From IMG/VR virus record IMGVR_UViG_3300025572_000003: a stretch of 61,150 nucleotides of DNA. One strand, 5' to 3'. A program made the position numbers and the translations under genes. The stretch's first letter is position 1; the number at the start of each line of letters is the position of its first letter. Below, piece after piece: positions 25,603 through 35,637 of this stretch. Source of the stretch: a virus. Under the pieces are notes generated by a model that saw only the letters and a program-made list of their open reading frames with translations, did not search any database and was not told where the DNA came from.

Positions 25603-26045
25603 ACTCTCCCCTTTGAATTGGGAGGCCATCCAACAGGATTCTTACCTACGACTTGGAATCGGGCTTTGATACCCTTGTTAGCTTGAGACGCAGCAAGTAC
25701 GCCGCAAGTGTCCAGTGCTAAAGCCATTTGCCCCCATCTGGAGGCATTATAACCAAACTCCGACTCTGCAGGGGTAGCATAGGACTCATCAGCTTCGCCT
25801 AGTTTGCTTCTGCGAAGTGCTCCGCCGCTAACATTACCACCAATAGCAGTGTCGGAAATAGACATAAAATGGGCAGTCAGATAGATGGTAATCTTATCAT
25901 ACCGATCTTCTGACATCGGGCAGTTGGGGCGCAGCTGTTCATTGACAACCATCAAGGCAGTATCCAAGAACGGCTGGATTTCATCATCCGCACGATCTCT
26001 GGCAGGGGAGTATACCGCCTTAATATCTGCAATGGTGACAGCCAC
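25599..26045 (-). CDS. head-tail connector (gp6-like) candidate
   Basis: Gene order after the capsid genes. Confidence 0.4.
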   Translation of the reverse strand: MAVTIADIKAVYSPARDRADDEIQPFLDTALMVVNEQLRPNCPMSEDRYDKITIYLTAHFMSISDTAIGGNVSGGALRRSKLGEADESYATPAESEFGYNASRWGQMALALDTCGVLAASQANKGIKARFQVVGKNPVGWPPNSKGRV

Positions 26046-26072
26046 AGCCCAACTCCGTCGTTAATCAGCAGA

Positions 26073-26330
26073 TTAGTCCCTGGACGGAGCCACGAACCGA
26101 TCTTTCATAAGCTCATACTGGCGCTGCGTAAGCTTGACTGTGTCGCCCTTGCGGTAAATCTTGACCTGCTTGCCTTCAGCAGTACGCGTGATCTCTCGGT
26201 GCTTACCAGACACAAGGATGAACTCGCGCGGCCAGGTTTCAGCCTTTTTTACCTCAGGCTTCTTCACTTCCTGGTTCGTAGCAGGAGCCGCAGTGAAAGT
26301 CGTGGGAGTCATGGATTTCGTATCAGCCAT
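26073..26330 (-). CDS. hypothetical protein
   Basis: ORF track. Lies between the capsid and connector genes. Confidence 0.45.
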   Translation of the reverse strand: MADTKSMTPTTFTAAPATNQEVKKPEVKKAETWPREFILVSGKHREITRTAEGKQVKIYRKGDTVKLTQRQYELMKDRFVAPSRD

Positions 26331-26396
26331 TCGATCCTCCTATGGGAAGTGGTGTAGGATCGCTACACCACTTCAAGTGCAGTTCTGATTTGCTTG

Positions 26397-27398
26397 TTAC
26401 GGTGCCGTGAAGTGGGCAATACCAGACTGCTCAAGGTAATCATTGCGAACACGCGGAACCATAATCGCAAGAACCTTGAAGTGGAGGATGAAGCCGCCAT
26501 GCGACTCCCATTCCACAAGAGTCGGCTGCAGCCCATTCACCATGTCAACGGTATCCTTCGACATCTGGACCAGAAGCACTTCGCCAGAAGTCAGATCCTT
26601 CGACATCTTAATGGACGTGATACCGGGGATCTCGAGGAGACGCGACATGATGGTCTTGTCAGACGCGGCCTTGAAGTCATCACCCATGTGAATGTACGCA
26701 TCCGCAGGAACATACATGGAGTACGGTCCATACATGTTATCCTGAACAAGGGCGTCAATCATCGACAGGGTGTCGTCAACCATCTGCTCACCAGTGGCCG
26801 TGGCCCAGTTGGCAGTCAGGTTACTCGTATTACGCGCCGGAGCAGTCGTGTAGCCGTAAATCGGGTTATTGGAACCCAGAACAGTCGCGCCCTTAAAGAG
26901 CATGGTCTCGATCTGCTCGGCGACCTTACGGCCAGCCACCTCGAGCTGAGTCGTGTCAAGAGCTTCACCAGTCGTCCGCGAGGCTTCAAGCGCACGCAGG
27001 TTGATGTTGAAGTCCTTGTGGATGATCGGGATCGGCAGGTGATCCAGCTCATACACAACTCGGTCGTTATCCGACTGGGAAATACCCGACATGGTGACCT
27101 CAGCCGGATCCATGTCAGAAATCTTTTCCCACTCGAGGCGGGTCTTACCAAGCGGGTTGGTAAGATTGTACGTCAGGCCAGCCGCAAACAGATCGGCAAC
27201 GCCGACAAGACGGCTACGTGCAACGTTCACAAGCGCCTTGTCGAACGCGATCCACTCGTCCTTGCGCAGCGTACCATTGGTACGAAGAGCACTGATATTC
27301 ATGCCTGAAGCCATGAGCTTCTGGGCAACATTACCAAATGCTTTCGTGCTACCGCCGCCACCCAGTCCGGCGACCGCGTCATTGAAATGCACGGACAT
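26397..27398 (-). CDS. major capsid protein (HK97 fold, encapsulin/linocin-M18-like)
   Basis: Pattern similarity to encapsulin shell proteins (LRKDEW..D.A...A..RL.G, LPIPIIHKDF.I..R, GPYSMYVP). Preceded by a DUF2190-like gene. Confidence 0.75.
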   Translation of the reverse strand: MSVHFNDAVAGLGGGGSTKAFGNVAQKLMASGMNISALRTNGTLRKDEWIAFDKALVNVARSRLVGVADLFAAGLTYNLTNPLGKTRLEWEKISDMDPAEVTMSGISQSDNDRVVYELDHLPIPIIHKDFNINLRALEASRTTGEALDTTQLEVAGRKVAEQIETMLFKGATVLGSNNPIYGYTTAPARNTSNLTANWATATGEQMVDDTLSMIDALVQDNMYGPYSMYVPADAYIHMGDDFKAASDKTIMSRLLEIPGITSIKMSKDLTSGEVLLVQMSKDTVDMVNGLQPTLVEWESHGGFILHFKVLAIMVPRVRNDYLEQSGIAHFTAP

Positions 27399-27432
27399 TG
27401 ATCTCTCCTTGACTATATAACGCGATTACCTA

Positions 27433-27852
27433 TTAAAGGATGACAACGCGAAGACGGGCTTTCTTATCGCCGGCTGAATTGTCAAGCGCATCAAGCGCCT
27501 GAGCAATCGGAACGCCGGTAGTCACCTTGCGCAGCGTACCATCGCCAGCAGACTCCAGCAGATCGCCGATCACGATTGCAGAGGCCGCAGCAGCAACGTT
27601 CGCAAGAACGGTGCAACCACTATACACGTACTCAGACTGCACATAATCATTGGTCACATAATCGTCATCGATCGTTGCGCCAACAATGTCATTCTCGACT
27701 GCAAAAAGAGGGGCAGCAGCACCGCCCGCAGTTGCATGTCGGATCAGGAGGCCAGACGAATTAATCGTCAGGAGATCGCCGGGAGTGATTGTACCAGCCG
27801 CGACAGCTTCCTTACGGATACCACGGCCTTTCAGGAGGATAGTATTGGCCAT
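27433..27852 (-). CDS. DUF2190-like head decoration/cement protein
   Basis: 139 aa, Gly/Ala-rich and beta-rich. Conserved position just upstream of the capsid gene. Confidence 0.5.
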   Translation of the reverse strand: MANTILLKGRGIRKEAVAAGTITPGDLLTINSSGLLIRHATAGGAAAPLFAVENDIVGATIDDDYVTNDYVQSEYVYSGCTVLANVAAAASAIVIGDLLESAGDGTLRKVTTGVPIAQALDALDNSAGDKKARLRVVIL

Positions 27853-27887
27853 AATGTAACCCTCAGTTCAATTGATACCGCGGTTCC

Positions 27888-29492
27888 TTACTGCACCGGA
27901 AACAGTGCAGGAGGCATGGGGATGGAATCGTCACTCGCGGCATTCACTCGCGGAGTGGCCGTACCTTCGTACGTCGGAACAGCAGCAAGCTCGACAAGGT
28001 TCTCAAGCATGTCGAGGTCGAACGCCTGCAGCTGCTCATTGCTGAACTTGCAGCGACCAGACTCCTGCAGCGTCTTGATAAGTTCGGCCTTCTTCTGGCG
28101 ATGCATCTTCAGCCCGCTTTCGAAGACTGCACGCATCTCTGCCGGCATCTCCGAAAGATACTCAGCCATCGTTTTGACCTTCGGAGCGCTGTTAGCATGC
28201 ACTTCCGAGCTGTTCTCATTAGTGTCCATTGCAGGTGCCTTCTTCGTGGACTTCTTCTGGGTGTTAGACTCGTCCTCCGAAGTGGACGCCGGAGTTGCCT
28301 CCTGATCATTCGGAGTGTTGGCCGCTTCCGTGTTGTCGACCACCTCGCTGGCGGTCGTATTCGTCTTGGGATCGTCAGGCATGGTGGTAGACTCCTGATT
28401 TACAGAAACTCCGGCAGATTCGGAGTTATTGACCGGGACAATCTCCGTCAGAAGATTGACCTGCTCAATGTCGTCACCAAGCGTTACAGTGCGCTCGGCA
28501 GAAATGTCATAGCTACGCTGATAGTATGCCCAATCACCTGAGATCGGATCGGAGACTCCATACACAACCTTTCCGGAAGTGAATCCGACTACCCAGGCAT
28601 AGCTGCTTCGGCCAGTAGCTTTCCGTATGGCGTCCTGAAGCAGCTTGTGTACATCGCGATCGATCAGGCCTTCCGGGACAGCGTTTGCGGTGAGACGCTG
28701 GAAAGCTTCAGACTGTGCTGCAATTTCTTCTTGTGTTTGGAGCTTTGTGCCTTTGCACGCTCCGCCGCAACCGCAACCGCAGTCGCCTCTGTTGACTTTA
28801 GGACCATTGCCATGATCATGCTCTTTGTTGGTGGACATTGAATACTCCTGCCAAACGTTTGAGTTGGCTCGCATGGCTGCGCCATTAACCCGCGGAGTAC
28901 CGCAACCATCCTCCACTGAGCAAGCGCCTTTTACACCTACAGACAAGAATGCAAGGTGGTCAGGCACTACATCGCGCCAAATCCCGAAATATTCCTTGCC
29001 GTTGTAGGTACCTCTGGCTTCTTCGGTACTAGCAAAAAGTCCTGTGGATACTTCGATCACAGAACCTTTCTGGATCAGATCCACAATTTCCTCGACTTCA
29101 CCGCCAAGTTCCTTAACCCTGCTTAGGTCGATCCAAGCATCAGCCTTCAGCTTAGTGCCGTCAAGGCGTGAGTTAAACAACTGTCCGAACGAATACTGCT
29201 CAAGAACAGCCGGAGAATTGGCAGAAACAGGTACACCATCGATGACAGGATGGTTCATGACTACGGGTCGGCCATTCCACCCTTCAGGGACTTTCCCAAA
29301 CTCGCTAGCAAGCGCAAGCTCAGGAGTTGCTGCAGTCATTCCCTGCAGAACGCCTTCAACAAGCGCAACAACCGGGACGATAAGATGCTCTCGCCCGAGA
29401 TACATCTCAGTACGGAGCTCTGCCTCATCGTCCTTATGTGCGCGGAAGCTTACGCTCCTCTTAACGTTTGATGGCATTGAACCCGCTTTCAT
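27888..29492 (-). CDS. putative prohead protease/scaffolding protein (DUF2213-like N-terminal domain, acidic low-complexity C-terminal half)
   Basis: NGRPVVMNHP-type motif. Cys-rich GDCGCGCGGACKG. Position between the portal and capsid genes. Start could be TTG 29531, ATG 29492 or ATG 29477. Confidence 0.45.
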   Translation of the reverse strand: MKAGSMPSNVKRSVSFRAHKDDEAELRTEMYLGREHLIVPVVALVEGVLQGMTAATPELALASEFGKVPEGWNGRPVVMNHPVIDGVPVSANSPAVLEQYSFGQLFNSRLDGTKLKADAWIDLSRVKELGGEVEEIVDLIQKGSVIEVSTGLFASTEEARGTYNGKEYFGIWRDVVPDHLAFLSVGVKGACSVEDGCGTPRVNGAAMRANSNVWQEYSMSTNKEHDHGNGPKVNRGDCGCGCGGACKGTKLQTQEEIAAQSEAFQRLTANAVPEGLIDRDVHKLLQDAIRKATGRSSYAWVVGFTSGKVVYGVSDPISGDWAYYQRSYDISAERTVTLGDDIEQVNLLTEIVPVNNSESAGVSVNQESTTMPDDPKTNTTASEVVDNTEAANTPNDQEATPASTSEDESNTQKKSTKKAPAMDTNENSSEVHANSAPKVKTMAEYLSEMPAEMRAVFESGLKMHRQKKAELIKTLQESGRCKFSNEQLQAFDLDMLENLVELAAVPTYEGTATPRVNAASDDSIPMPPALFPVQ

Positions 29493-29582
29493 TGTTATGC
29501 AGGATCGCTCCGGTAATCGTTGCTTTAGCAACCATTCCCAGGAATCACTTTATGATCATTATAAACGGTCTTCTACCAAAAT

Positions 29583-29813
29583 TCACGTCTGGCTTTTCTG
29601 GTCAGAAAAGTCATTGTAGCTCAATTGACCATCTAATACATTGGACAGCTTATCCAAACGCCTACGCAATTCCCGTTGTGTACGTTTGTGCCGCAAGGCA
29701 ACTACATGCATACGCTTGAAATCGCGATCACAAATTGTTCGCACAGAAGCCGCCTGTTGAAGCTGCACTGTACGTTTGCCACGTCCTATCAGCCACCATA
29801 GTGCCTGAAGCAT
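29583..29813 (-). CDS. hypothetical protein
   Basis: ORF track. Confidence 0.35.
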   Translation of the reverse strand: MLQALWWLIGRGKRTVQLQQAASVRTICDRDFKRMHVVALRHKRTQRELRRRLDKLSNVLDGQLSYNDFSDQKSQT

Positions 29814-29819
29814 TGTAGA

Positions 29820-30143
29820 TTACCTCCGGCGTGAAGGCCCCCCGGTATCTACTAGTAGCTCAAGCTTATGCTTGATGTCACTGATAGTGGCGGTGAGCTG
29901 TCCAATTGCGACGGCTAACTTGCTATCCGACTCGATATTCTCAGTCACCACATCAGCAAAGCGGGTAGCATGCTTTTCAGAGTTCTGCAGGATGGTATCA
30001 GTCAGTTCTTGATTGCGGTTCTTTTCCTTAAAATAAAGGAATGCGAAAAGCATTCCCACAAGAAAAATAATCAAGGCGGCAAATCCGCCACTGTGCAGTA
30101 CCGTATCGAAAAGCTTTTCCCCCAGACGGGCTAGCGCATCCAT
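29820..30143 (-). CDS. hypothetical membrane protein (one TM helix)
   Basis: GGFAALIIFLVGMLFAFLYF hydrophobic segment. Confidence 0.45.
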   Translation of the reverse strand: MDALARLGEKLFDTVLHSGGFAALIIFLVGMLFAFLYFKEKNRNQELTDTILQNSEKHATRFADVVTENIESDSKLAVAIGQLTATISDIKHKLELLVDTGGPSRRR

Positions 30144-30210
30144 TTCTTTCGCTACCTCGTAACTGCCCTATCATAATTATAAAGCAAATTTAGTCCTCGA
30201 TCAACCAGAA

Positions 30211-30259
30211 TTTAAAAGAACAGGGTAGTCTGTAGGGTTTTTGGTCCTACAAACTACCC
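30211..30259 (-). terminator. stem-loop with U-tract after the portal gene
   Basis: 14-bp arms at 30223-30236 and 30246-30259. The single non-Watson-Crick pair is U.G on the minus-strand RNA but C.A on the plus strand. Followed on the minus strand by tgttctttt. Confidence 0.55.
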
Positions 30260-30266
30260 ATACATT

Positions 30267-30297
30267 GTATTTAACCTTTCTGCCTCACTGGCGGAGG
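30267..30297 (+). repeat. TTTAAA-N-TGGCGGAGG motif, copy 2
   Basis: gtatttaacctttctgcctcactggcggagg, about 24/31 identical to copy 1. Confidence 0.7.
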
Positions 30298-30313
30298 CGG
30301 GAGTAGTCGTGGT

Positions 30314-31753
30314 TCACCTGCGTTCTGGTGTAGTTCCAGAGCCAGATTCTTCCTCTTCCTCTTCCTCTTCCTCTTCTGCGTTCCCTTGCTCTGGAGATAC
30401 AGCAGGTTCTGGCAGAAGAAACTTGTTAGGGTCTACTTCTTCAATTGGTGGAGGCAGTTTACCGACAGGAAGGCCAGTAAATACTGGCATTTTGTCATCA
30501 GGTGCAATAAGATTGCGCGCCTCTTCAATTGACAAGAAGTCAAACTTGCATTCCTGCGCAACCTGCATTGCTCGGGCAATGTTGACTGCCGAACGTGCCA
30601 TCTGCGCTGACGTCTGCGCACGTTCCAGCGGGTTCATTTTGAACGGATCTGGCCAGAGAATCTCCAGATTTGAGGGCGCTTCCAGTACATTTGCACGCAC
30701 AAGTACATCAATGAGCGGCCTCAAAACAATGGGTTCAGCCCAGTTTGCAATCCTTTCAGCGACTCTTGCAGCCCAGTTTGCACGATCCTGCTGAGATGCA
30801 AGCTGTCCGGCCTCTGCGCCCATGAGTACGCGCTGCGGAATACCTGTAGCAGCCGACAATAGCGCAATCAGAACAGCAAATACGTTCTTTGGGTCTGCGA
30901 CATCTGAACCAAGTGACTGGATCTTGACACCCCTAGTCCGAATTACCCGCCGAAGCTGATGCATATACTCATCAAGCTCTTCAGAAAGGTTCTTCTGATC
31001 CTCTTCGTCAAGCTCCATTTCCTTGTCGACATCAACCTGCATACCCCTATTAGCCGTAAGCCAATAGGTTTCTGCTGAACCGCCGCAAACTTTTAGCAGG
31101 TCGTCAAGGGTGTTATATACGTTCTTAAGACGGGAGTGTCCAAAAACACCGTCTTCCAGTGAGTTGTCTGCTAGATGAAGCACACGTGAATAATGTACAT
31201 TAAAGGACTTGCGCGTTATGATACCCGCAGTTGCTGGCGAAGTTTCCTGAAAAGGATCACCTGGTTGTACTTGATACAGAACCGGCTTACCAAATCGAGG
31301 TGAAGTCTGATCGACTTCATACTGCAGGATCTTCAGAGACCCTTCCAGATAAGGCTGTAGGTAGATGACCCTGTTTCGACGATTGGTATTTACTGGCTGA
31401 TCCAGACTACGACCATCGTCGAGACCAATAAGCATGATAGAATAAATACCCAAACCTGCAAAAATATCTGCCTTTCGCAGATATGCATACAGGTTAGTCG
31501 ACTCCACAAGATCATTCCATTCCTTCCATGGAGCGCCATTGACTTTAAGCACGGGCGCATCTGTCCAAGTTGCATCAACAGGTGCGTTGATCACCCGAGT
31601 TGCAATGTCTTGGGTCAGATACTTGGTGACGTAGTCCTTATGAACTGGGTTTCGGTTGTACCCAAATACTGCATAGAGATCACGTGCGCCGCCAAACTGC
31701 ATGCCATTACGCAGCAGGCTAGCCCAACGTGCGAGAGTACCCTGAATGCCCAT
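30314..31753 (-). CDS. portal protein (DUF1073-like)
   Basis: 479 aa directly downstream of the large terminase. Poly-Glu C-terminus. Pattern recollection of the DUF1073 portal family. Confidence 0.75.
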   Translation of the reverse strand: MGIQGTLARWASLLRNGMQFGGARDLYAVFGYNRNPVHKDYVTKYLTQDIATRVINAPVDATWTDAPVLKVNGAPWKEWNDLVESTNLYAYLRKADIFAGLGIYSIMLIGLDDGRSLDQPVNTNRRNRVIYLQPYLEGSLKILQYEVDQTSPRFGKPVLYQVQPGDPFQETSPATAGIITRKSFNVHYSRVLHLADNSLEDGVFGHSRLKNVYNTLDDLLKVCGGSAETYWLTANRGMQVDVDKEMELDEEDQKNLSEELDEYMHQLRRVIRTRGVKIQSLGSDVADPKNVFAVLIALLSAATGIPQRVLMGAEAGQLASQQDRANWAARVAERIANWAEPIVLRPLIDVLVRANVLEAPSNLEILWPDPFKMNPLERAQTSAQMARSAVNIARAMQVAQECKFDFLSIEEARNLIAPDDKMPVFTGLPVGKLPPPIEEVDPNKFLLPEPAVSPEQGNAEEEEEEEEEESGSGTTPERR

Positions 31754-31768
31754 TGAATCCTCCGCCGA

Positions 31769-33277
31769 TTACGTTCTACCGAACGTTACTTTGCTGCGTC
31801 TGACAGCCAAACGTGCTTGACTGCGCTTGATTGCGTCAGAATTCTGTGTTGTACCTGCTCTGCGAGTCCTACCCCAAGAAGCAGAATAGATCTTTTTACC
31901 CGTTAGAATGGTATAGCCGGCTCCCGCCGTATCAATTTGGTCATCATGCTGGCCGCTCGGGAATGCATCAAACTCCTTGATGAAGTCATCATTCCAAGGC
32001 CCTCTGACCAATTTAACCTTGCCTGCCTCTGCACCTGCGATAAACGGCTGTGCACGAACAAGCTTATTCTTTACAACCGGAACTTCATCGACATCAAAGC
32101 CCTCAAGGACGTTGATTCGATAGTGGCTAACAAGCGACTTGCCTGCAGATCCCGGTTCGCGTTCGATACGGATTTTAACTTCTTCGCCATCCAGCTGTGC
32201 AGTTTTAGCAACCAAAGCTTCCACTTGGGCAGGAGAGACCTGCTTTCGGACAACGTTCTCAATGTATACCACGTCAGTCATGGCGCAGTAAGACATTAGA
32301 GTACCTACTGTCCAATCGCCTCCATCCTCAGTTGCAGCAAGATCCCAGACACGAACACGTTTGAGAACCTTCTGTTCCTGTGGCGGAATGCTGTCAACGA
32401 TGCCCAGCCAGTTACCATTTGTGATCTTTTTGGTCTCGTCAACCGGTTTTTGCTGGTAAAGTGCTGCAAAGAAGACCGAACCAAGCGTTTCCTGCAGTTC
32501 CTGCAGCTTTTCAAGCGGGTAACGCTCCGGGAACAGTGCTTCCCCTACTTGTCGCCCAAGGATGTCGCCGTGTTCAGCAATTGCAGGCAGTTCAATGTAA
32601 TCCCATTGACCAGGGAAATTCTGCAAAATCCGGCCAATCAGATCGTCAGAATGCCATCGAGTGGCGATAATAATGCATGAACCGTCAGGTTCAAGGCGGG
32701 TAAATGCTGTGGTAACGAACCAATTCCAGATATAATCACGGTACGCAGGCGACAAAGCTTCCTTAATTTCCTTGATGTAGTCGTCAATCAGCAGGACATT
32801 CGCACCTCGACCAGTAATCGGACCACCAAGACCGACTGCGAACATTCCACCACCTTGCTCGGTGTGGAACGCCTCAACCCGGCTAGAATCCTTGCGGATC
32901 CGCGCATTTAGTAGTGCAAAATTCTCCTCATCCAGGAAAATATCACGTACTTGGCGCGAAAAACCAGTAGCAAGGTCTGCACCATAACCAGTCAGGATGG
33001 TTTTATACTGTGGAAATGTCTCCAAAATCCAAGCAGGAGTGTAGACTGAGGTCAACTGGCTCTTACCATGACGCGGAGGCGCAGAAATAATGATTCGCGC
33101 ACCACCTCTGGCAATTCCCTGTGCAATTTTTGCACTGATATACATGAGGTGAGGCGCGGGAATCCATTGTCCCCGGCTAATCTTGTGTGCAAAAGTCGCA
33201 GGTGTCAGCTTCCAGTTAGACAAAATATGCTGGAGTTTCTGTTTCTGTCTGGGAGAATGGAGAATTGGTTGGTTCAT
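31769..33277 (-). CDS. terL: terminase large subunit
   Basis: Walker A SAPPRHGKSQ, Walker B VLLIDD, nuclease-domain WDLAATEDGGDWTVG. ATG 33277 lies 1 nt after the upstream stop. Confidence 0.9.
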   Translation of the reverse strand: MNQPILHSPRQKQKLQHILSNWKLTPATFAHKISRGQWIPAPHLMYISAKIAQGIARGGARIIISAPPRHGKSQLTSVYTPAWILETFPQYKTILTGYGADLATGFSRQVRDIFLDEENFALLNARIRKDSSRVEAFHTEQGGGMFAVGLGGPITGRGANVLLIDDYIKEIKEALSPAYRDYIWNWFVTTAFTRLEPDGSCIIIATRWHSDDLIGRILQNFPGQWDYIELPAIAEHGDILGRQVGEALFPERYPLEKLQELQETLGSVFFAALYQQKPVDETKKITNGNWLGIVDSIPPQEQKVLKRVRVWDLAATEDGGDWTVGTLMSYCAMTDVVYIENVVRKQVSPAQVEALVAKTAQLDGEEVKIRIEREPGSAGKSLVSHYRINVLEGFDVDEVPVVKNKLVRAQPFIAGAEAGKVKLVRGPWNDDFIKEFDAFPSGQHDDQIDTAGAGYTILTGKKIYSASWGRTRRAGTTQNSDAIKRSQARLAVRRSKVTFGRT

Positions 33278-33278
33278 A

Positions 33279-34391
33279 TCAGTCACCACTAATCTGCTGC
33301 TGGCGAATAATCAGCTGCTGCGCCATATCAACAACTGAGGGATCCGCAAGCAACTGGTCGACATCCGTCTGAACTTCTGTTTCAACCGGTGCTCCATTCT
33401 GAGCAAGTTGCTGAACAAGAACGTTGACAGAGGGAGGTGCTCGACGGTTTGCGTCGTTGTTCTCCTTTGCCTCACCATTTGCGGGCAAGCCGGTGGAGAT
33501 GCGCTGGATCTTAACCAGCTTCTCCATCATGCCAACTGCCTTTTCAGGTGTCAAAGAGTCATCATCAAATGCAGCCGATTCCAAATAGGTGTACAAACGG
33601 CGGAGTAGTTTGGATGCCATTTGGTAATGGTCATCCTCAGTCGACAGCATCCGCTGAAGCTTGAGCTTTTGGTGGTGGGCAATCTGATAAAGGTCAAAAG
33701 CCTTTACACGCCATGGCCAATAATACAAGTGGTAGTACTCTCGAAGATCATCGAGCTTGTATCCTACCATGTCACTAATTTGCCGTGCACCACCCATCTC
33801 TAGGTAGTCGACAAATGCACTATATGCTTCGTCAGGCTCGAATTCCAGTTTGCGCCAGAACAGGTGTCCATTTGGTGTGACTGGGAAGCCGTCATCATAA
33901 GTCAGCTCAATCGTGGCTGCCTCTAGACACTCTTCACAATCTGTAATGTTATATACAATGTTAGGACCGTCATCAGCGGAGGAGCCAGACGAAGTAGCGG
34001 TGGTGTTCTGCGACTGGTATCTTGTGATCGCATTGGCGAACATGCGAACGTCTAGCATATCAGGACGATATACATAGATCGGCAGCCCGTATTTGTTCAA
34101 CGGGATTGATTCGTTCAGTTGCTGAATGAGTTGCCATGTTTTGTTGAGCTTCTTGGGGTTGAGCTTCCGCAAGAAACTAATCTTCCCGCTAATATCAACT
34201 GGGAGTTCTGGCTTAGGGAGGGTCTTGTATGGCTCAACAGCTTCACGATCGCGGCATTCATCCTGCTTGAACTGAGGCTCACGCAGACCTGAGAGATCCA
34301 TAGGCGCAGTCGTGGCCTTATAATCTTCAGGGGTAAGATCAATCAGATTTGGCATTGGTGCTGCCACTTCCTGAAAAGAATTGGTCAACAT
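33279..34391 (-). CDS. putative terminase small subunit / DNA-packaging accessory protein
   Basis: First gene of the minus-strand operon, immediately upstream of terL. No firm motif. Confidence 0.35.
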   Translation of the reverse strand: MLTNSFQEVAAPMPNLIDLTPEDYKATTAPMDLSGLREPQFKQDECRDREAVEPYKTLPKPELPVDISGKISFLRKLNPKKLNKTWQLIQQLNESIPLNKYGLPIYVYRPDMLDVRMFANAITRYQSQNTTATSSGSSADDGPNIVYNITDCEECLEAATIELTYDDGFPVTPNGHLFWRKLEFEPDEAYSAFVDYLEMGGARQISDMVGYKLDDLREYYHLYYWPWRVKAFDLYQIAHHQKLKLQRMLSTEDDHYQMASKLLRRLYTYLESAAFDDDSLTPEKAVGMMEKLVKIQRISTGLPANGEAKENNDANRRAPPSVNVLVQQLAQNGAPVETEVQTDVDQLLADPSVVDMAQQLIIRQQQISGD

Positions 34392-34468
34392 TATATTACC
34401 ATTTTCTAGTGTGGGAGGGCAACCGGAAAAACGATGGTCCCTAAAGGTGCATTATGCTTGGTATCCAC

Positions 34469-34486
34469 TGAGTGCAGTTTGGGTTG
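34469..34486 (+). repeat. intergenic box TGAGTGCAGTNTGGGYTG, copy 2
   Basis: tgagtgcagtttgggttg. See copies at 8169, 35547, 56927 and 38189 (minus). Confidence 0.9.
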
Positions 34487-34498
34487 AAGACCCGCAAT

Positions 34499-34549
34499 GT
34501 GGTGATGTGGTGATGCGGCGACATGACGATGCGGTGATGTGGTGATGTG
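34499..34549 (+). repeat. GATGTGG-type short repeat array (15-bp GGTGATGTGGTGATG twice, 32 bp apart)
   Basis: ggtgatgtggtgatg at 34501-34515 and 34533-34547. Confidence 0.85.
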
Positions 34550-34589
34550 AGAAACATGTCATACCATTATTAGCCTATCATTTTTGCAC

Positions 34590-34619
34590 TTGAGACCGAT
34601 TCTATTTCTGTATTATAAT
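34590..34619 (+). promoter_or_regulatory. sigma70-like promoter for the plus-strand early genes
   Basis: TTGAGA-18 nt-TATAAT. Confidence 0.55.
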
Positions 34620-34713
34620 ACATAGTATCCTGAAGGATACCCAGGTGCTAAAAGGCTGCATAAACACCTAAAGTCTGCAACCAATTGGTTATCAGGGAAA
34701 CGAGGCAATAAAA

Positions 34714-35040
34714 ATGACGCATCCGGTAATATTCGAACTCAAGCGCGATGGTTCGGTAGATTTTGAGCGGACGGCAAGACGCCGGATTGAAGGTGTTTTC
34801 GAAAGGATCCATGATCTGGTTGCAGCAGATACTTGGGTCAAGGAACTTCACGATGAGGTCATGCACTTCGAACTCGGCCGAACCAGCCCTTTGAACGATG
34901 ATGACACCGACTTCTTCAATATGTCATCGTTCTTCTACTCCCAGCTGTACTCTTATTGCGCTGGACGCATGTGGAGTATTGAAGGGACACTGGGTAATAT
35001 CATTGCTGCATCACTTAAAGCAGAGGAGGCTCCAGCATAA
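34714..35040 (+). CDS. hypothetical protein
   Basis: ORF track. First plus-strand gene after the divergent intergenic region. Confidence 0.5.
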   Translation: MTHPVIFELKRDGSVDFERTARRRIEGVFERIHDLVAADTWVKELHDEVMHFELGRTSPLNDDDTDFFNMSSFFYSQLYSYCAGRMWSIEGTLGNIIAASLKAEEAPA

Positions 35041-35162
35041 CACCAACACAACCATCGAAATACACCTACATCGAACGTTCTAAATCCAAGTCCAAACTGA
35101 TCAATGAGAGTATGAGGCGTGCGCACTCCTAGACAGAAAAGACAGGATAGGAGTTATCTCCA

Positions 35163-35408
35163 ATGACAAGAAATTTCAAGATGGACCTGAATGCATTGAA
35201 GGCAATAGACCTCGAAGACCCTCGTAAGCAGAACCAGGTGCTTCGTTATCGCGAAAACCTTATCAAGGAAGCTGGTTCGAAGAGTGAGGCGATCAGGCGG
35301 CTCAATGCTGAAGGGTGGACGCGTACGCAAATTGCTGATTTTCTGGGTCTGCGTTATCAGCATGTGCGTACAGTCCTGATTACCCCACTCACTTCCAAAG
35401 CTAGATAG
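35163..35408 (+). CDS. small HTH DNA-binding protein, IRYQHVRNVL family, paralog 1
   Basis: C-terminal S.AIRRL..EGWTRTQIADFLGLRYQHVRTVLITPL. GGAG RBS. Confidence 0.6.
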   Translation: MTRNFKMDLNALKAIDLEDPRKQNQVLRYRENLIKEAGSKSEAIRRLNAEGWTRTQIADFLGLRYQHVRTVLITPLTSKAR

Positions 35409-35453
35409 GCTCACTCCGACAAAGTGACCTCCACCCATCTAGCTGATGGAAGT

Positions 35454-35490
35454 AGGGCTACTGTCTAAATGATGGTAGCCCTTTCTTTTT
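35454..35490 (+). terminator. rho-independent terminator after HTH paralog 1
   Basis: AGGGCTAC / GTAGCCCT stem followed by TTCTTTTT. Confidence 0.6.
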
Positions 35491-35546
35491 GGCCGTTGAG
35501 GCCCTTTAAAAATCATGACTACAACCGCATCTACAAGATGCTGTTC

Positions 35547-35564
35547 TGAGTGCAGTTTGGGCTG
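35547..35564 (+). repeat. intergenic box TGAGTGCAGTNTGGGYTG, copy 3
   Basis: tgagtgcagtttgggctg. Confidence 0.9.
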
Positions 35565-35604
35565 AAGTGTGAACCCAAGCCTAAATATACATGTGCATAT
35601 ACAT

Positions 35605-35637
35605 GAGGATGAAGATGTGGATGTGGGTGTGGATGTT
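35605..35637 (+). repeat. GATGTGG-type short repeat array
   Basis: gaggatgaaGATGTGGATGTGGgtgtGGATGTtg. Confidence 0.8.

Noticed and set aside
26394-27308. 304-aa plus-strand ORF
   Set aside because: It is fully antisense to the well-supported major capsid gene. The translation is Arg/His/Val-rich with no motifs.
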